A DNA stretch of 64,000 nt from Eledone cirrhosa (taxonomy: Eukaryota): NCBI GenBank assembly GCA_964016885.1, contig OZ024756.1:13082001-13146000 (forward strand), written 5' to 3'. Shown here one piece after another: positions 36,075-50,500 of the stretch; within the stretch, counting starts at the first letter, position 1, and each line of letters opens with the position of its first letter. The notes under the pieces were generated by a model, which saw only the letters and a program-made list of their open reading frames with translations, was not told where the DNA came from and did no database searches. Both the position numbers and the translations under genes were made by a program.

Positions 36075-38267
36075 TTAACAGGTTTTCTATGGCTAGACCT
36101 TTCCCTCTCACCGACATATGTGACAGAAGTCTTACAAGACTTCTGTCACATATGTCGGTGATGGGGAAAGCACCCAGTGCTTATTGGTTATTATTTATTG
36201 TAACTGACCATAAGTTGTTGTTTAATAAATTGTTTTCTACCAAATGATGAAGTCTTTACATCTCTAGTATCTGTGGGAGTGAAACTTTTCTGACTCTGAT
36301 GGTATTTTCAAGTTATTGTCACTATATTTCCTATGGTACTGTCAAGATATTGTCACCATATTTCACATGACACTGCCTATGGTACTGTCAAGATATTGTG
36401 ACCATATTTCACATGACACTACCTATGGTACTGTCAAGATATTGTCACCATATTTCACATGACACTACCTATGGTATTGTCGAGATATTGTCACCATATT
36501 TCACATGACACTGTCTATTGTACTGTCAAGATATTGTCACCATATTTCACATGACACTACCTATGGTACTGTAAAGTTATTGTCACCATATTTCACATGA
36601 CACTACCTATGGTACTGTCAAGATATTGTCACCATATTTCACATGACACTGTCTATTGTACTGTCAAGATATTGTCACCATATTTCACATGACACTACCT
36701 ATGGTACTGTAAAGTTATTGTGACCATATTTCACATGACACTACCTATGGTACTATAAAGTTATTGTGACCATATTTCACATGACACTACCTATGGTACT
36801 GTCAAGATATTGTGACGATATTTCACATGAAACACACTGTCCGATGGTAATTTCAAAATATTGTGACCATATTTCCATGAACTATTACTACTTATAACTG
36901 GTTGTATTGTATTTCTTTAACCTGTTGACTGCTGCGTATATTTTACACAGCTACAGTTGTTGTGTCGTTCCTTTTTTTTTTTTTTTCAGTTAATGAATAT
37001 TTAGATTGACAAATGTCACATCAATAAAGTATTAATCGAATCTAACTTTGAAGTTATGAATGGTTGGAAACGAGTTGAAACATGTTAGGATGAGTTATCT
37101 CATCCATGTTACTGGAATGTATACATGTTAGGATGAGCTATCTCCTCTACAGCACTGAAGAGGTTAAGCTGTCTCAATAATAAGAGAAAGGATCTTTAGC
37201 CAGGTTTAACTGTGATAAAACATTTGATTATAAACCTTCAGTTCAATATTTTACATTGATTTGTTGTACCAAATGATGAAGTCTTTAAATCTCTAATATC
37301 TTTGGGAGGGAAACTTTTCTGACTCTGATGGTACTTTCAAGTTATTGCGACCATATTAGGAAATCATGTTAGTTTAGTGGTTAAAATTTTGGGTTATAGA
37401 CATAGCAGTCTCATGTTTAAACTATGTTGTAGACATCACCACTGTCATCATCATCACCGTCATAACCACCATTATCATCACCATCATCATCACCACCACC
37501 ATCATCAATACGTTTACCACCGTCATCACTACCACCATCATTACCTTTATCACCACCACCACCACCACCATTATCATCATCATTACCTTTTTCACCGTCT
37601 TCGCCACCATCATCATTACTTTTATCATCACTCATTGCCTTTATCAGCATCATCATTACCACCATCATTCTTTAACATGTTTTCTATGGCTGGATCCTCT
37701 TCCTATCACCGACATATGTGACAGAAGTCTTGTAACCCAGTGTTTATTGGTTATTATTTATTGTAACTGACTATAAATTGTTGTTCAATAAATTGTTTTC
37801 TACCAAATGATGAAGTCTTTACATCTCTAATATCTGTGGGAGTGAAACTTTTCTGACTCTGATGGTATTTTCAAGATATTGTCACCATATTTCCTATGAC
37901 ACTGCCTATGGTACTGTCAAGATATTGTCACCATATTTCACATGACACTACCTATGGTATTTTCAAGATATTGTCACCATATTTCACAAGACACTGTCTA
38001 TGGGACTATCAAGATATTGTGACCATATTTCACATGTCACTACCTATGGTATTGTCAAGATATTGTGACCATATTTCACATGACACTACCTATGGTACTG
38101 TCAAGATATTGTGACCATATTTCACATGACACTGCCTATGGTACTGTCAAGATATTGTCACCATATTTCACATGACACTGTCCGATGGAACTTTCAAGAT
38201 ATTGTGACAATATTTCAAGATATTGTGACAATATAACTGGATGTAATGTATTTCTTTAACCTGTTGA

Positions 38268-38608
38268 TGGAGGCACATGGCTTAGTGGTTAGAGCATTGG
38301 CCTTGCAATCGAAAGGTTGTGAGTTCAATTCTCAGACCGGGTGATGTGTTGTTTCCTTGAGCAAGAGACTTTATTTCACATTGCTCCAGTTTACTCAGCT
38401 GTAGAAATGAGATGATAGGGACTGGGGTCCCTATCATTCCACTGCAAAGTGGTCGTGGAGGTGCCACGGCAAAAAAGCACCCAGCACTCACTGTAAATGA
38501 GGTTGGTGTTAGGAAGGGCATCCAGCTGTAGAAATCATGCCAGAATCAGTTCCCGTCCCACCCTTGCAAGCAGGGCAAAGCGGACGTAAAATGAAATGAT
38601 GATGATGA
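38268..38608 (+). mobile_element. tRNA-derived SINE with 6-bp TSD TGTTGA
   Basis: Same family as 30471; TSD at 38262-38267 and 38609-38614. Confidence 0.9.
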
Positions 38609-41220
38609 TGTTGACTGCTGCGTATATTTTACACAGCTACAGTTGCTGTGTCGTTTTTTATTTTTGTTTATTTTTTTCAGTTAATGAATATTTAGATTCA
38701 CAAATGTCACATCAATAAAGTATTAATCGAATCTAACTTTGAAGTTATGAATGGTTGGAAACGAGTTCAAACATGTTAGGATGAGTTATCTCATCCATGT
38801 CACTGGAATGTATACATGTTAGGATGAGTTATCTCCTATACAGCACTGAAGAGGTTAAGCTGTCTCAATAATAAGAGAAAGGATCTTTAGCCAGGTTTAA
38901 CTGTGATAAAACATTTGATTATAAACCTTCAGTTCAATATTTTACATTGATTTGTTGTACCAAATGATGAAGTCTTTAAATCTCTAATATCTTTGGGAGG
39001 GAAACTTTTCTGACTCTGATGGTACTTTCAAGTTATTGTGACCATATTAGGAAATCACGTTAGTTTAGTGGTTAAAGTTTTGGGTTATAGACATAGCAGT
39101 CTCATGTTTAAACTGTGTTGTAGACATCAGCACTGTCATCATCATTACCATCATAACCATCACCACCACCAACATTACCTTTATCAACACCACCACCATC
39201 ATCAATACCGTTATCACCTTCATCACCACCACCATGACCATCATCGCCACCATCATCATTACCTTTATCACTGTCGTCTTCATCACCATCATCACCAATA
39301 CTACCACGTCTGTTTTCCCTGCTTGCATGGGTTGAACGAGTTTTCACAGGTTGAGTCAGTAGTCAAGTATGGCTTCTGAACTATCGGGTTGGAGGCCTGC
39401 AACTTGCTCACATATGATCCCACGCTACACCAAGTGCATCTTATTGTGAAATTAGCCCTAGGGGGGGTTGTTGTGTTATGATACAGCTGAAGGGTCCTCA
39501 TGGCTCTTTATTTAACAGGTTTTCTAAGGCTGGACCCTCTTCCTATCACCGACATATGTGACAGAAGTCTTGTAACACAGTGTTTATTGGTTAATATTTA
39601 TTGTAACTGACCATAAGTTGTTGTTCAATAAATTGTTTTCTACCAAATGATGAAGTCTTTACATCTCTAATATCTGTGGGAGTGAAACTTTTCTGACTCT
39701 GATGGTATTTTCAAGATATTGTCACCATATTTCCTATGACACTGCCTATGGTACTGTCAAGATATTGTCACCATATTTCACATGACACTACCTATGGTAC
39801 TGTAAAGTTATTGTGACCTTATTTCACAAGACACTACCTATGGTAATGTCAAGATATTGTCACCATATTTCACATGACACTACCTATGGTACTGTCAAGA
39901 TATTGTGACGATATTTCACATGAAACACACTGTCCGATGGTAATTTCAAGATATTGTGACCATATTTCCATGAACTATTACTACTTATAACTGGTTGTAT
40001 TGTATATCTTTAACCTGTTGACTGCTGCGTATATTTTACACAGCTACAGTTGCTGTGTTGTTTCTTTTTTTTTTTTTTTTCAGTTAATGAATATTTAGAT
40101 TCACAAATGTCACATAAATAAATTATTAATCGAATCTAACTTTGAAGTTATGAACGGTTGGAAACGAGTTGAAACATGTTAGGATGAGTTATCTCATCCA
40201 TGTTACTGGAATGTATACATGTTAGGATGAGCTATCTCCTCTACAGCACTGAAGAGGTTAAGCTGTCTCAATAATAAGAGAAAGGATCTTTAGCCAGGTT
40301 TAACTGTGATAAAACATTTGATTATAAACCTTCAGTTCAATATTTTACATTGATTTGTTGTACCAAATGATGAAGTCTTTAAATCTCTAATATCTTTGGG
40401 AGGGAAACTTTTCTGACTCTGATGGTACTTTCAAGTTATTGCGACCATATTAGGAAATCATGTTAGTTTAGTGGTTAAAATTTTGGGTTATAGACATAGC
40501 AGTCTCATGTTTAAACTATGTTGTAGACATCACCACTGTCATCATCATCACCGTCATAACCACCATTATCATCACCATCATCATCACCACCACCATCATC
40601 AATACGTTTACCACCGTCATCACTACCACCATCATTACCTTTATCACCACCACCACCACCATTATCATCATCATTACCTTTTTCACCGTCTTCGCCACCA
40701 TCATCATTACTTTTATCATCACTCATTGCCTTTATCAGCATCATAATCACCACCATCATTCTTTAACATGTTTTCTATGGCTGGATCCTCTTCCTATCAC
40801 CGACATATGTGACAGAAGTCTTGTAACCCAGTGTTTATTGGTTATTATTTATTGTAACTGACTATAAATTGTTGTTCAATAAATTGTTTTCTACCAAATG
40901 ATGAAGTCTTTACATCTCTAATATCTGTGGGAGTGAAACTTTTCTGACTCTGATGGTATTTTCAAGATATTGTCACCATATTTCCTATGACACTGCCTAT
41001 GGTACTGTCAAGATATTGTCACCATATTTCACATGACACTACCTATGGTATTTTCAAGATATTGTCACCATATTTCACATGACACTACCTATGGTACTGT
41101 CAAGATATTGTGACCATATTTCACATGACACTGTCCGATGGAACTTTCAAGATATTGTGACAATATTTCAAGATATTGTGACAATATAACTGGATGTAAT
41201 GTATTTCTTTAACCTGTTGA

Positions 41221-41561
41221 TGGAGGCACATGGCTTAGTGGTTAGAGCATTGGCCTTGCAATCGAAAGGTTGTGAGTTCAATTCTCAGACCGGGTGATGT
41301 GTTGTTTCCTTGAGCAAGAGACTTTATTTCACATTGCTCCAGTTTACTCAGCTGTAGAAATGAGATGATAGGGACTGGGGTCCCTATCATTCCACTGCAA
41401 AGTGGTCGTGGAGGTGCCACGGCAAAAAAGCACCCAGCACTCACTGTAAATGAGGTTGGTGTTAGGAAGGGCATCCAGCTGTAGAAATCATGCCAGAATC
41501 AGTTCCCGTCCCACCCTTGCAAGCAGGGCAAAGCGGACGTAAAATGAAATGATGATGATGA
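41221..41561 (+). mobile_element. tRNA-derived SINE, duplicated copy of 38268-38608
   Basis: Same sequence, flanks and TSD at offset 2953. Confidence 0.9.
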
Positions 41562-44500
41562 TGTTGACTGCTGCGTATATTTTACACAGCTACAGTTGCT
41601 GTGTCGTTTTTTATTTTTGTTTATTTTTTTCAGTTAATGAATATTTAGATTCACAAATGTCACATCAATAAAGTATTAATCGAATCTAACTTTGAAGTTA
41701 TGAATGGTTGGAAACGAGTTCAAACATGTTAGGATGAGTTATCTCATCCATGTCACTGGAATGTATACATGTTAGGATGAGTTATCTCCTATACAGCACT
41801 GAAGAGGTTAAGCTGTCTCAATAATAAGAGAAAGGATCTTTAGCCAGGTTTAACTGTGATAAAACATTTGATTATAAACCTTCAGTTCAATATTTTACAT
41901 TGATTTGTTGTACCAAATGATGAAGTCTTTAAATCTCTAATATCTTTGGGAGGGAAACTTTTCTGACTCTGATGGTACTTTCAAGTTATTGTGACCATAT
42001 TAGGAAATCACGTTAGTTTAGTGGTTAAAGTTTTGGGTTATAGACATAGCAGTCTCATGTTTAAACTGTGTTGTAGACATCAGCACTGTCATCATCATTA
42101 CCATCATAACCATCACCACCACCAACATTACCTTTATCAACACCACCACCATCATCAATACCGTTATCACCTTCATCACCACCACCATGACCATCATCGC
42201 CACCATCATCATTACCTTTATCACTGTCGTCTTCATCACCATCATCACCAATACTACCACGTCTGTTTTCCCTGCTTGCATGGGTTGAACGAGTTTTCAC
42301 AGGTTGAGTCAGTAGTCAAGTATGGCTTCTGAACTATCGGGTTGGAGGCCTGCAACTTGCTCACATATGATCCCACGCTACACCAAGTGCATCTTATTGT
42401 GAAATTAGCCCTAGGGGGGGTTGTTGTGTTATGATACAGCTGAAGGGTCCTCATGGCTCTTTATTTAACAGGTTTTCTAAGGCTGGACCCTCTTCCTATC
42501 ACCGACATATGTGACAGAAGTCTTGTAACACAGTGTTTATTGGTTAATATTTATTGTAACTGACCATAAGTTGTTGTTCAATAAATTGTTTTCTACCAAA
42601 TGATGAAGTCTTTACATCTCTAATATCTGTGGGAGTGAAACTTTTCTGACTCTGATGGTATTTTCAAGATATTGTCACCATATTTCCTATGACACTGCCT
42701 ATGGTACTGTCAAGATATTGTCACCATATTTCACATGACACTACCTATGGTACTGTAAAGTTATTGTGACCTTATTTCACAAGACACTACCTATGGTAAT
42801 GTCAAGATATTGTCACCATATTTCACATGACACTACCTATGGTACTGTCAAGATATTGTGACGATATTTCACATGAAACACACTGTCCGATGGTAATTTC
42901 AAGATATTGTGACCATATTTCCATGAACTATTACTACTTATAACTGGTTGTATTGTATATCTTTAACCTGTTGACTGCTGCGTATATTTTACACAGCTAC
43001 AGTTGCTGTGTTGTTTCTTTTTTTTTTTTTTTTCAGTTAATGAATATTTAGATTCACAAATGTCACATAAATAAATTATTAATCGAATCTAACTTTGAAG
43101 TTATGAACGGTTGGAAACGAGTTGAAACATGTTAGGATGAGTTATCTCATCCATGTTACTGGAATGTATACATGTTAGGATGAGCTATCTCCTCTACAGC
43201 ACTGAAGAGGTTAAGCTGTCTCAATAATAAGAGAAAGGATCTTTAGCCAGGTTTAACTGTGATAAAACATTTGATTATAAACCTTCAGTTCAATATTTTA
43301 CATTGATTTGTTGTACCAAATGATGAAGTCTTTAAATCTCTAATATCTTTGGGAGGGAAACTTTTCTGACTCTGATGGTACTTTCAAGTTATTGCGACCA
43401 TATTAGGAAATCATGTTAGTTTAGTGGTTAAAATTTTGGGTTATAGACATAGCAGTCTCATGTTTAAACTATGTTGTAGACATCACCACTGTCATCATCA
43501 TCACCGTCATAACCACCATTATCATCACCATCATCATCACCACCACCATCATCAATACGTTTACCACCGTCATCACTACCACCATCATTACCTTTATCAC
43601 CACCACCACCACCATTATCATCATCATTACCTTTTTCACCGTCTTCGCCACCATCATCATTACTTTTATCATCACTCATTGCCTTTATCAGCATCATAAT
43701 CACCACCATCATTCTTTAACATGTTTTCTATGGCTGGATCCTCTTCCTATCACCGACATATGTGACAGAAGTCTTGTAACCCAGTGTTTATTGGTTATTA
43801 TTTATTGTAACTGACTATAAATTGTTGTTCAATAAATTGTTTTCTACCAAATGATGAAGTCTTTACATCTCTAATATCTGTGGGAGTGAAACTTTTCTGA
43901 CTCTGATGGTATTTTCAAGATATTGTCACCATATTTCCTATGACACTGCCTATGGTACTGTCAAGATATTGTCACCATATTTCACATGACACTACCTATG
44001 GTATTTTCAAGATATTGTCACCATATTTCACATGACACTACCTATGGTACTGTCAAGATATTGTGACCATATTTCACATGACACTGCCTATGGTACTGTC
44101 AAGATATTGTCACCATATTTCACATGACACTGTCCGATGGAACTTTCAAGATATTGTGACAATATTTCAAGATATTGTGACAATATAACTGGATGTAATG
44201 TATTTCTTTAACCTGTTGACTGCTGCGTATATTTTACACAGCTACAGTTGCTGTGTCGTTTTTTATTTTTGTTTATTTTTTTCAGTTAATGAATATTTAG
44301 ATTCACAAATGTCACATCAATAAAGTATTAATCGAATCTAACTTTGAAGTTATGAATGGTTGGAAACGAGTTCAAACATGTTAGGATGAGTTATCTCATC
44401 CATGTCACTGGAATGTATACATGTTAGGATGAGTTATCTCCTCTACAGCACTGAAGAGGTTAAGCTGTCTCAATAATAAGAGAAAGGATCTTTAGCCAGG

Positions 44501-47500
44501 TTTAACTGTGATAAAACATTTGATTATAAACCTTCAGTTCAATATTTTACATTGATTTGTTGTACCAAATGATGAAGTCTTTAAATCTCTAATATCTTTG
44601 GGAGGGAAACTTTTCTGACTCTGATGGTACTTTCAAGTTATTGCGACCATATTAGGAAATCACGTTAGTTTAGTGGTTAAAGTTTTGGGTTATAGACATA
44701 GCAGTCTCATGTTTAAACTGTGTTGTAGACATCAGCACTGTCATCATCATTACCATCATAACCATCACCACCACCAACATTACCTTTATCAACACCACCA
44801 CCATCATCAATACCGTTATCACCTTCATCACCACCACCATGACCATCATCGCCACCATCATCATTACCTTTATCACTGTCGTCTTCATCACCATCATCAC
44901 CAATACTACCACGTCTGTTTTCCCTGCTTGCATGGGTTGAACGAGTCTTCACAGGTTGAGTCAGTAGTCAAGTATGGCTTCTGAACTATCGGGTTGGAGG
45001 CCTGCAACTTGCTCACATATGATCCCACGCTACACCAAGTGCATCTTATTGTGAAATTAGCCCTAGGGGGGGTTGTTGTGTTATGATACAGCTGAAGGGT
45101 CCTCATGGCTCTTTATTTAACAGGTTTTCTAAGGCTGGACCCTCTTCCTATCACCGACATATGTGACAGAAGTCTTGTAACACAGTGTTTATTGGTTAAT
45201 ATTTATTGTAACTGACCATAAGTTGTTGTTCAATAAATTGTTTTCTACCAAATGATGAAGTCTTTACATCTCTAATATCTGTGGGAGTGAAACTTTTCTG
45301 ACTCTGATGGTATTTTCAAGATATTGTCACCATATTTCCTATGACACTGCCTATGGTACTGTCAAGATATTGTCACCATATTTCACATGACACTACCTAT
45401 GGTACTGTAAAGTTATTGTGACCATATTTCACAAGACACTACCTATGGTAATGTCAAGATATTGTCACCATATTTCACATGACACTACCTATGGTACTGT
45501 CAAGATATTGTCACCATATTTCACATGACACTACCTATGGTACTGTCAAGATATTGTCACCATATTTCACATGACACTGTCTATGGTACTGTCAAGATAT
45601 TGTCACCATATTTCACATGACACTACCTATGGTACTGTAAAGTTATTGTGACCATATTTCACATGACACTACCTATGGTATTATAAAGTTATTGTGACCA
45701 TATTTCACATGACACTACCTATGGTACTGTCAAGATATTGTGACGATATTTCACATGAAACACACTGTCCGATGGTAATTTCAAGATATTGTGACCATAT
45801 TTCCATGAACTATTACTACTTATAACTGGTTGTATTGTATTTCTTTAACCTGTTGACTGCTGCGTATATTTTACACAGCTACAGTTGCTGTGTTGTTTCT
45901 TTTTTTTTTTTTTTTTCAGTTAATGAATATTTAGATTCACAAATGTCACATAAATAAATTATTAATCGAATCTAACTTTGAAGTTATGAATGGTTGGAAA
46001 CGAGTTCAAACATGTTAGGATGAGTTATCCTCATCCATGTTACTGGAATGTATACATGTTAGGATGAGTTATCTCCTCTACAGCACTGAAGAGGTTAAGC
46101 TGTCTCAATAATAAGAGAAAGGATCTTTAGCCAGGTTTAACTGTGATAAAACATTTGATTATAAACCTTCAGTTCAATATTTTACATTGATTTGTTGTAC
46201 CAAATGATGAAGTCTTTAAATCTCTAATATCTTTGGGAGGGAAACTTTTCTGACTCTGATGGTACTTTCAAGTTATTGCGACCATATTAGGAAATCACGT
46301 TAGTTTAGTGGTTAAAATTTTGGGTTATAGACATAGCAGTCTCATGTTTAAACTATGTTGTAGACATCACCACTGTCATCATCATCACCGTCATCACCAT
46401 TATCATCACCATCATCATCACCACCATCATCAATACGTTTACCACCGTCATCACCACCACCATCATTACCTTTATCACCACCACCATTATCATCATCATT
46501 ACCTTTATCACCGTCTTCGCCACCATCATCATTACTTTTATCATCACCACCACCACCATCATCATCACCACAACCATCATTCTTTAACATGTTTTCTAAG
46601 GCTGGATCCTCTTCCTATCACCGACATATGTGACAGAAGTCTTGTAACCCAGTGTTTATTGGTTATTATTTATTGTAACTGACCATAAATTGTTGTTCAA
46701 TAAATTGTTTTCTACCAAATGATGAAGTCTTTACATCTCTAATATCTGTGGGAGTGAAACTTTTCTGACTCTGATGGTATTTTCAAGATATTGTCACCAT
46801 ATTTCACTTGACACTGCCTATGGTACTGTCAAGATATTGTGACCATATTTCACATGACACTGTCTATGGTACTATCAAGATATTGTGACCATATTTCACA
46901 TGACACTGCCTATGGTACTGTCAACATATTGTCACCATATTTCACATGACACTGTCTATGGTACTGTCAAGATATTGTCACCATATTTCACATGACACTG
47001 TCTATGGTACTGTCAAGATATTGTGACCATATTTCACATGACACTGTCTATGGTACTGTAAAGTTATTGTGACCATATTTCACATGACACTGCCTATGGT
47101 ACTGTCAAGATATTGTGACCATATTTCACATGACACTGTCTATGGTAATGTCAAGATATTGTGACCATATTTCACATGACACTGTCTATGGTACTGTAAA
47201 GTTATTGTGACCATATTTCACATGACACTGCCTATGGTACTGTCAAGATATTGTGACCATATTTCACATGACACTGTCTATGGTAATGTCAAGATATTGT
47301 GACCATATTTCACATGACACTGCCTATGGTACTGTCAAGATATTGTGACCATATTTCACATGACACTGTCTATGGTAATGTCAAGATATTGTGACCATAT
47401 TTCACATGACACTGTCTATGGTACTGTAAAGTTATTGTGACCATATTTCACATGACACTGCCTATGGTACTGTCAAGATATTGTGACCATATTTCACATG

Positions 47501-50500
47501 ACACTGTCTATGGTACTGTCAAGATATTGTGACCATATTTCACATGACACTGTCTATGGTACTGTCAAGATATTGTGACTATATTTCCATGAACTATTAC
47601 TACTTATAACTGGATGTAATGTATATCTTTAACCTGTTGACTGCTGCGTATATTTTACACAGCTACAGTTGCTGTGTCGTTTCTTTTTTTTTTTTTTCAG
47701 TTAATGAATATTTAGATTCACAAATGTCACATAAATAAATTATTAATCGAATCTAACTTTGAAGTTATGAATGGTTGGAAACGAGTTCAAACATGTTAGG
47801 ATGAGTTATCTCATCCATGTTACAGGAATGTATACATGTTAGGATGAGTTATCTCCTCTACAGCACTGAAGAGGTTAAGCTGTCTCAATAATAAGAGAAA
47901 GGATCTTTAGCCAGGTTTAACTGTGATAAAACATTTGATTATAAACCTTCAGTTCAATATTTTACATTGATTTGTTGTACCAAATGATGAAGTCTTTAAA
48001 TCTCTAATATCTTTGGGAGGGAAACTTTTCTGACTCTGATAGTACTTTCAAGTTATTGTGACCATATTAGGAAATCACGTTAATTTAGTGGTTAAAGTTT
48101 TTGGGTTATAGATATAGCAGTCTCATGTTTAAACTGTGTTGTAGACATCACCACTGTCATCATCATTACCATCATAACCACCATTATCATCACCATCATC
48201 ATCACCACCACCACCACCATTATCATCATCATTATCTTCTTCACCGTCTTCGCCACCATCATCATTACTTTTATCATCACCCCCACCACCATCATTGCCT
48301 TTATCAGCATCATCATCATCACCACCATCATTCTTTAACAGGTTTTCAAAGGGTGGACCCTCTTCCTATCACCGACATATGTGACAGAAGTCTTGTAACC
48401 CAGTGTTTATTGGTTATTATTTATTGTAACTGACCATAAATTGTTGTTCAATAAATTGTTTTCTACCAAATGATGAAGTCTTTACATCTCTAATATCTGT
48501 GGGAGTGAAACTTTTCTGACTCTGATGGTATTTTCAAGATATTGTCACCATATTTCACTTGACACTGCCTATGGTACTGTCAACATATTGTCACCATATT
48601 TCACATGACACTGTCTATGGTACTGTCAAGATATTGTGACCATATTTCACATGACACTGCCTATGGTACTGTCAACATATTGTGACCATATTTCACATGT
48701 CACTACCTATGGTACTGTCAAGATATTGTCACCATATTTCACATGACACTGCCTATGGTATTGTCAAGATATTGTGACCATATTTCACATGACACTGTCT
48801 ATGGTACTGTCAAGATATTGTGACCATATTTCACATGACACTGCCTATGGTAGTGTCAAGATATTGTCACCATATTTCACATGACACTGTCTATGGTACT
48901 GTCAAGATATTGTCACCATATTTCACATGACACTGTCTATGGTACTGTCAAGATATTGTGACCATATTTCACATGACACTGTCTATGGTAATGTCAAGAT
49001 ATTGTGACCATATTTCACATGACACTGCCTATGGTACTGTCAAGATATTGTCACCATATTTCACATGACACTGTCTATGGTACTGTCAAGATATTGTCAC
49101 CATATTTCACATGACACTGCCTATGGTAGTGTCAAGATATTGTCACCATATTTCACATGACACTGTCTATGGTACACTCAAGATATTGTGACCATATTTC
49201 ACATGACACTGCCTATGGTACTGTCAAGATTTTATCACCATATTTCACATGACACTGCCTATGGTACTGTCAAGATATTGTGACCATATTTCACATGACA
49301 CTGTCTATGGTACTGTCAAGATATTGTGACCATATTTCACATGACACTGTCTATGGTACTGTCAAGATATTGTGACTATATTTCCATGAACTATTACTAC
49401 TTATAACTGGATGTAATGTATATCTTTAACCTGTTGACTGCTGCGTATATTTTACACAGCTACAGTTGCTGTGTCGTTTCTTTTTTTTTTTTTTCAGTTA
49501 ATGAATATTTAGATTCACAAATGTCACATAAATAAATTATTAATCGAATCTAACTTTGAAGTTATGAATGGTTGGAAACGAGTTCAAACATGTTAGGATG
49601 AGTTATCTCATCCATGTTACAGGAATGTATACATGTTAGGATGAGTTATCTCCTCTACAGCACTGAAGAGGTTAAGCTGTCTCAATAATAAGAGAAAGGA
49701 TCTTTAGCCAGGTTTAACTGTGATAAAACATTTGATTATAAACCTTCAGTTCAATATTTTACATTGATTTGTTGTACCAAATGATGAAGTCTTTAAATCT
49801 CTAATATCTTTGGGAGGGAAACTTTTCTGACTCTGATGGTACTTTCAAGTTATTGCGACCATATTAGGAAATCACGTTAGTTTAGTGGTTAAAATTTTTG
49901 GGTTATAGACATAGCAGTCTCATGTTTAAACTATGTTGTAGACATCACCACTGTCATCATCATTACCATCATAACCACCATTATCATCACCATCATCATC
50001 ATCACCACCACCACCATTATCATCATCATTATCTTCTTCACCGTCTTCGCCACCATCATCATTACTTTTATCATCACCCCCACCACCATCATTGCCTTTA
50101 TCAGCATCATCATCATCACCACCATCATTCTTTAACAGGTTTTCAAAGGGTGGACCCTCTTCCTATCACCGACATAAGTGACAGAAGTCTTGTAACCCAG
50201 TGTTTATTGGTTAATATTTATTGTAACTGACCATAAATTGTTGTTCAATAAATTGTTTTCTACCAAATGATGAAGTCTTTACATCTCTAATATCTGTGGG
50301 AGTGAAACTTTTCTGACTCTGATGGTATTTTCAAGATATTGTCACCATATTTCACTTGACACTGCCTATGGTACTGTCAAGATATTGTGACCATATTTCA
50401 CATGACACTGTCTATGGTACTGTCAAGATATTGTGACCATATTTCACATGACACTGCCTATGGTACTGTCAAGATATTGTCACCATATTTCACATGACAC

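Noticed and set aside
36987-36995. Recursive splice sites in the long intron 3
   Set aside because: The repeated acceptors are followed by TTAATG, not GT, so they do not regenerate a donor.
37377-50230. Repeated His-rich ORFs (possible histidine-rich or metal-binding proteins)
   Set aside because: Translations of (CAT/CAC)n tracts in macrosatellite units; no signal peptide or splice structure, and frames vary between copies.
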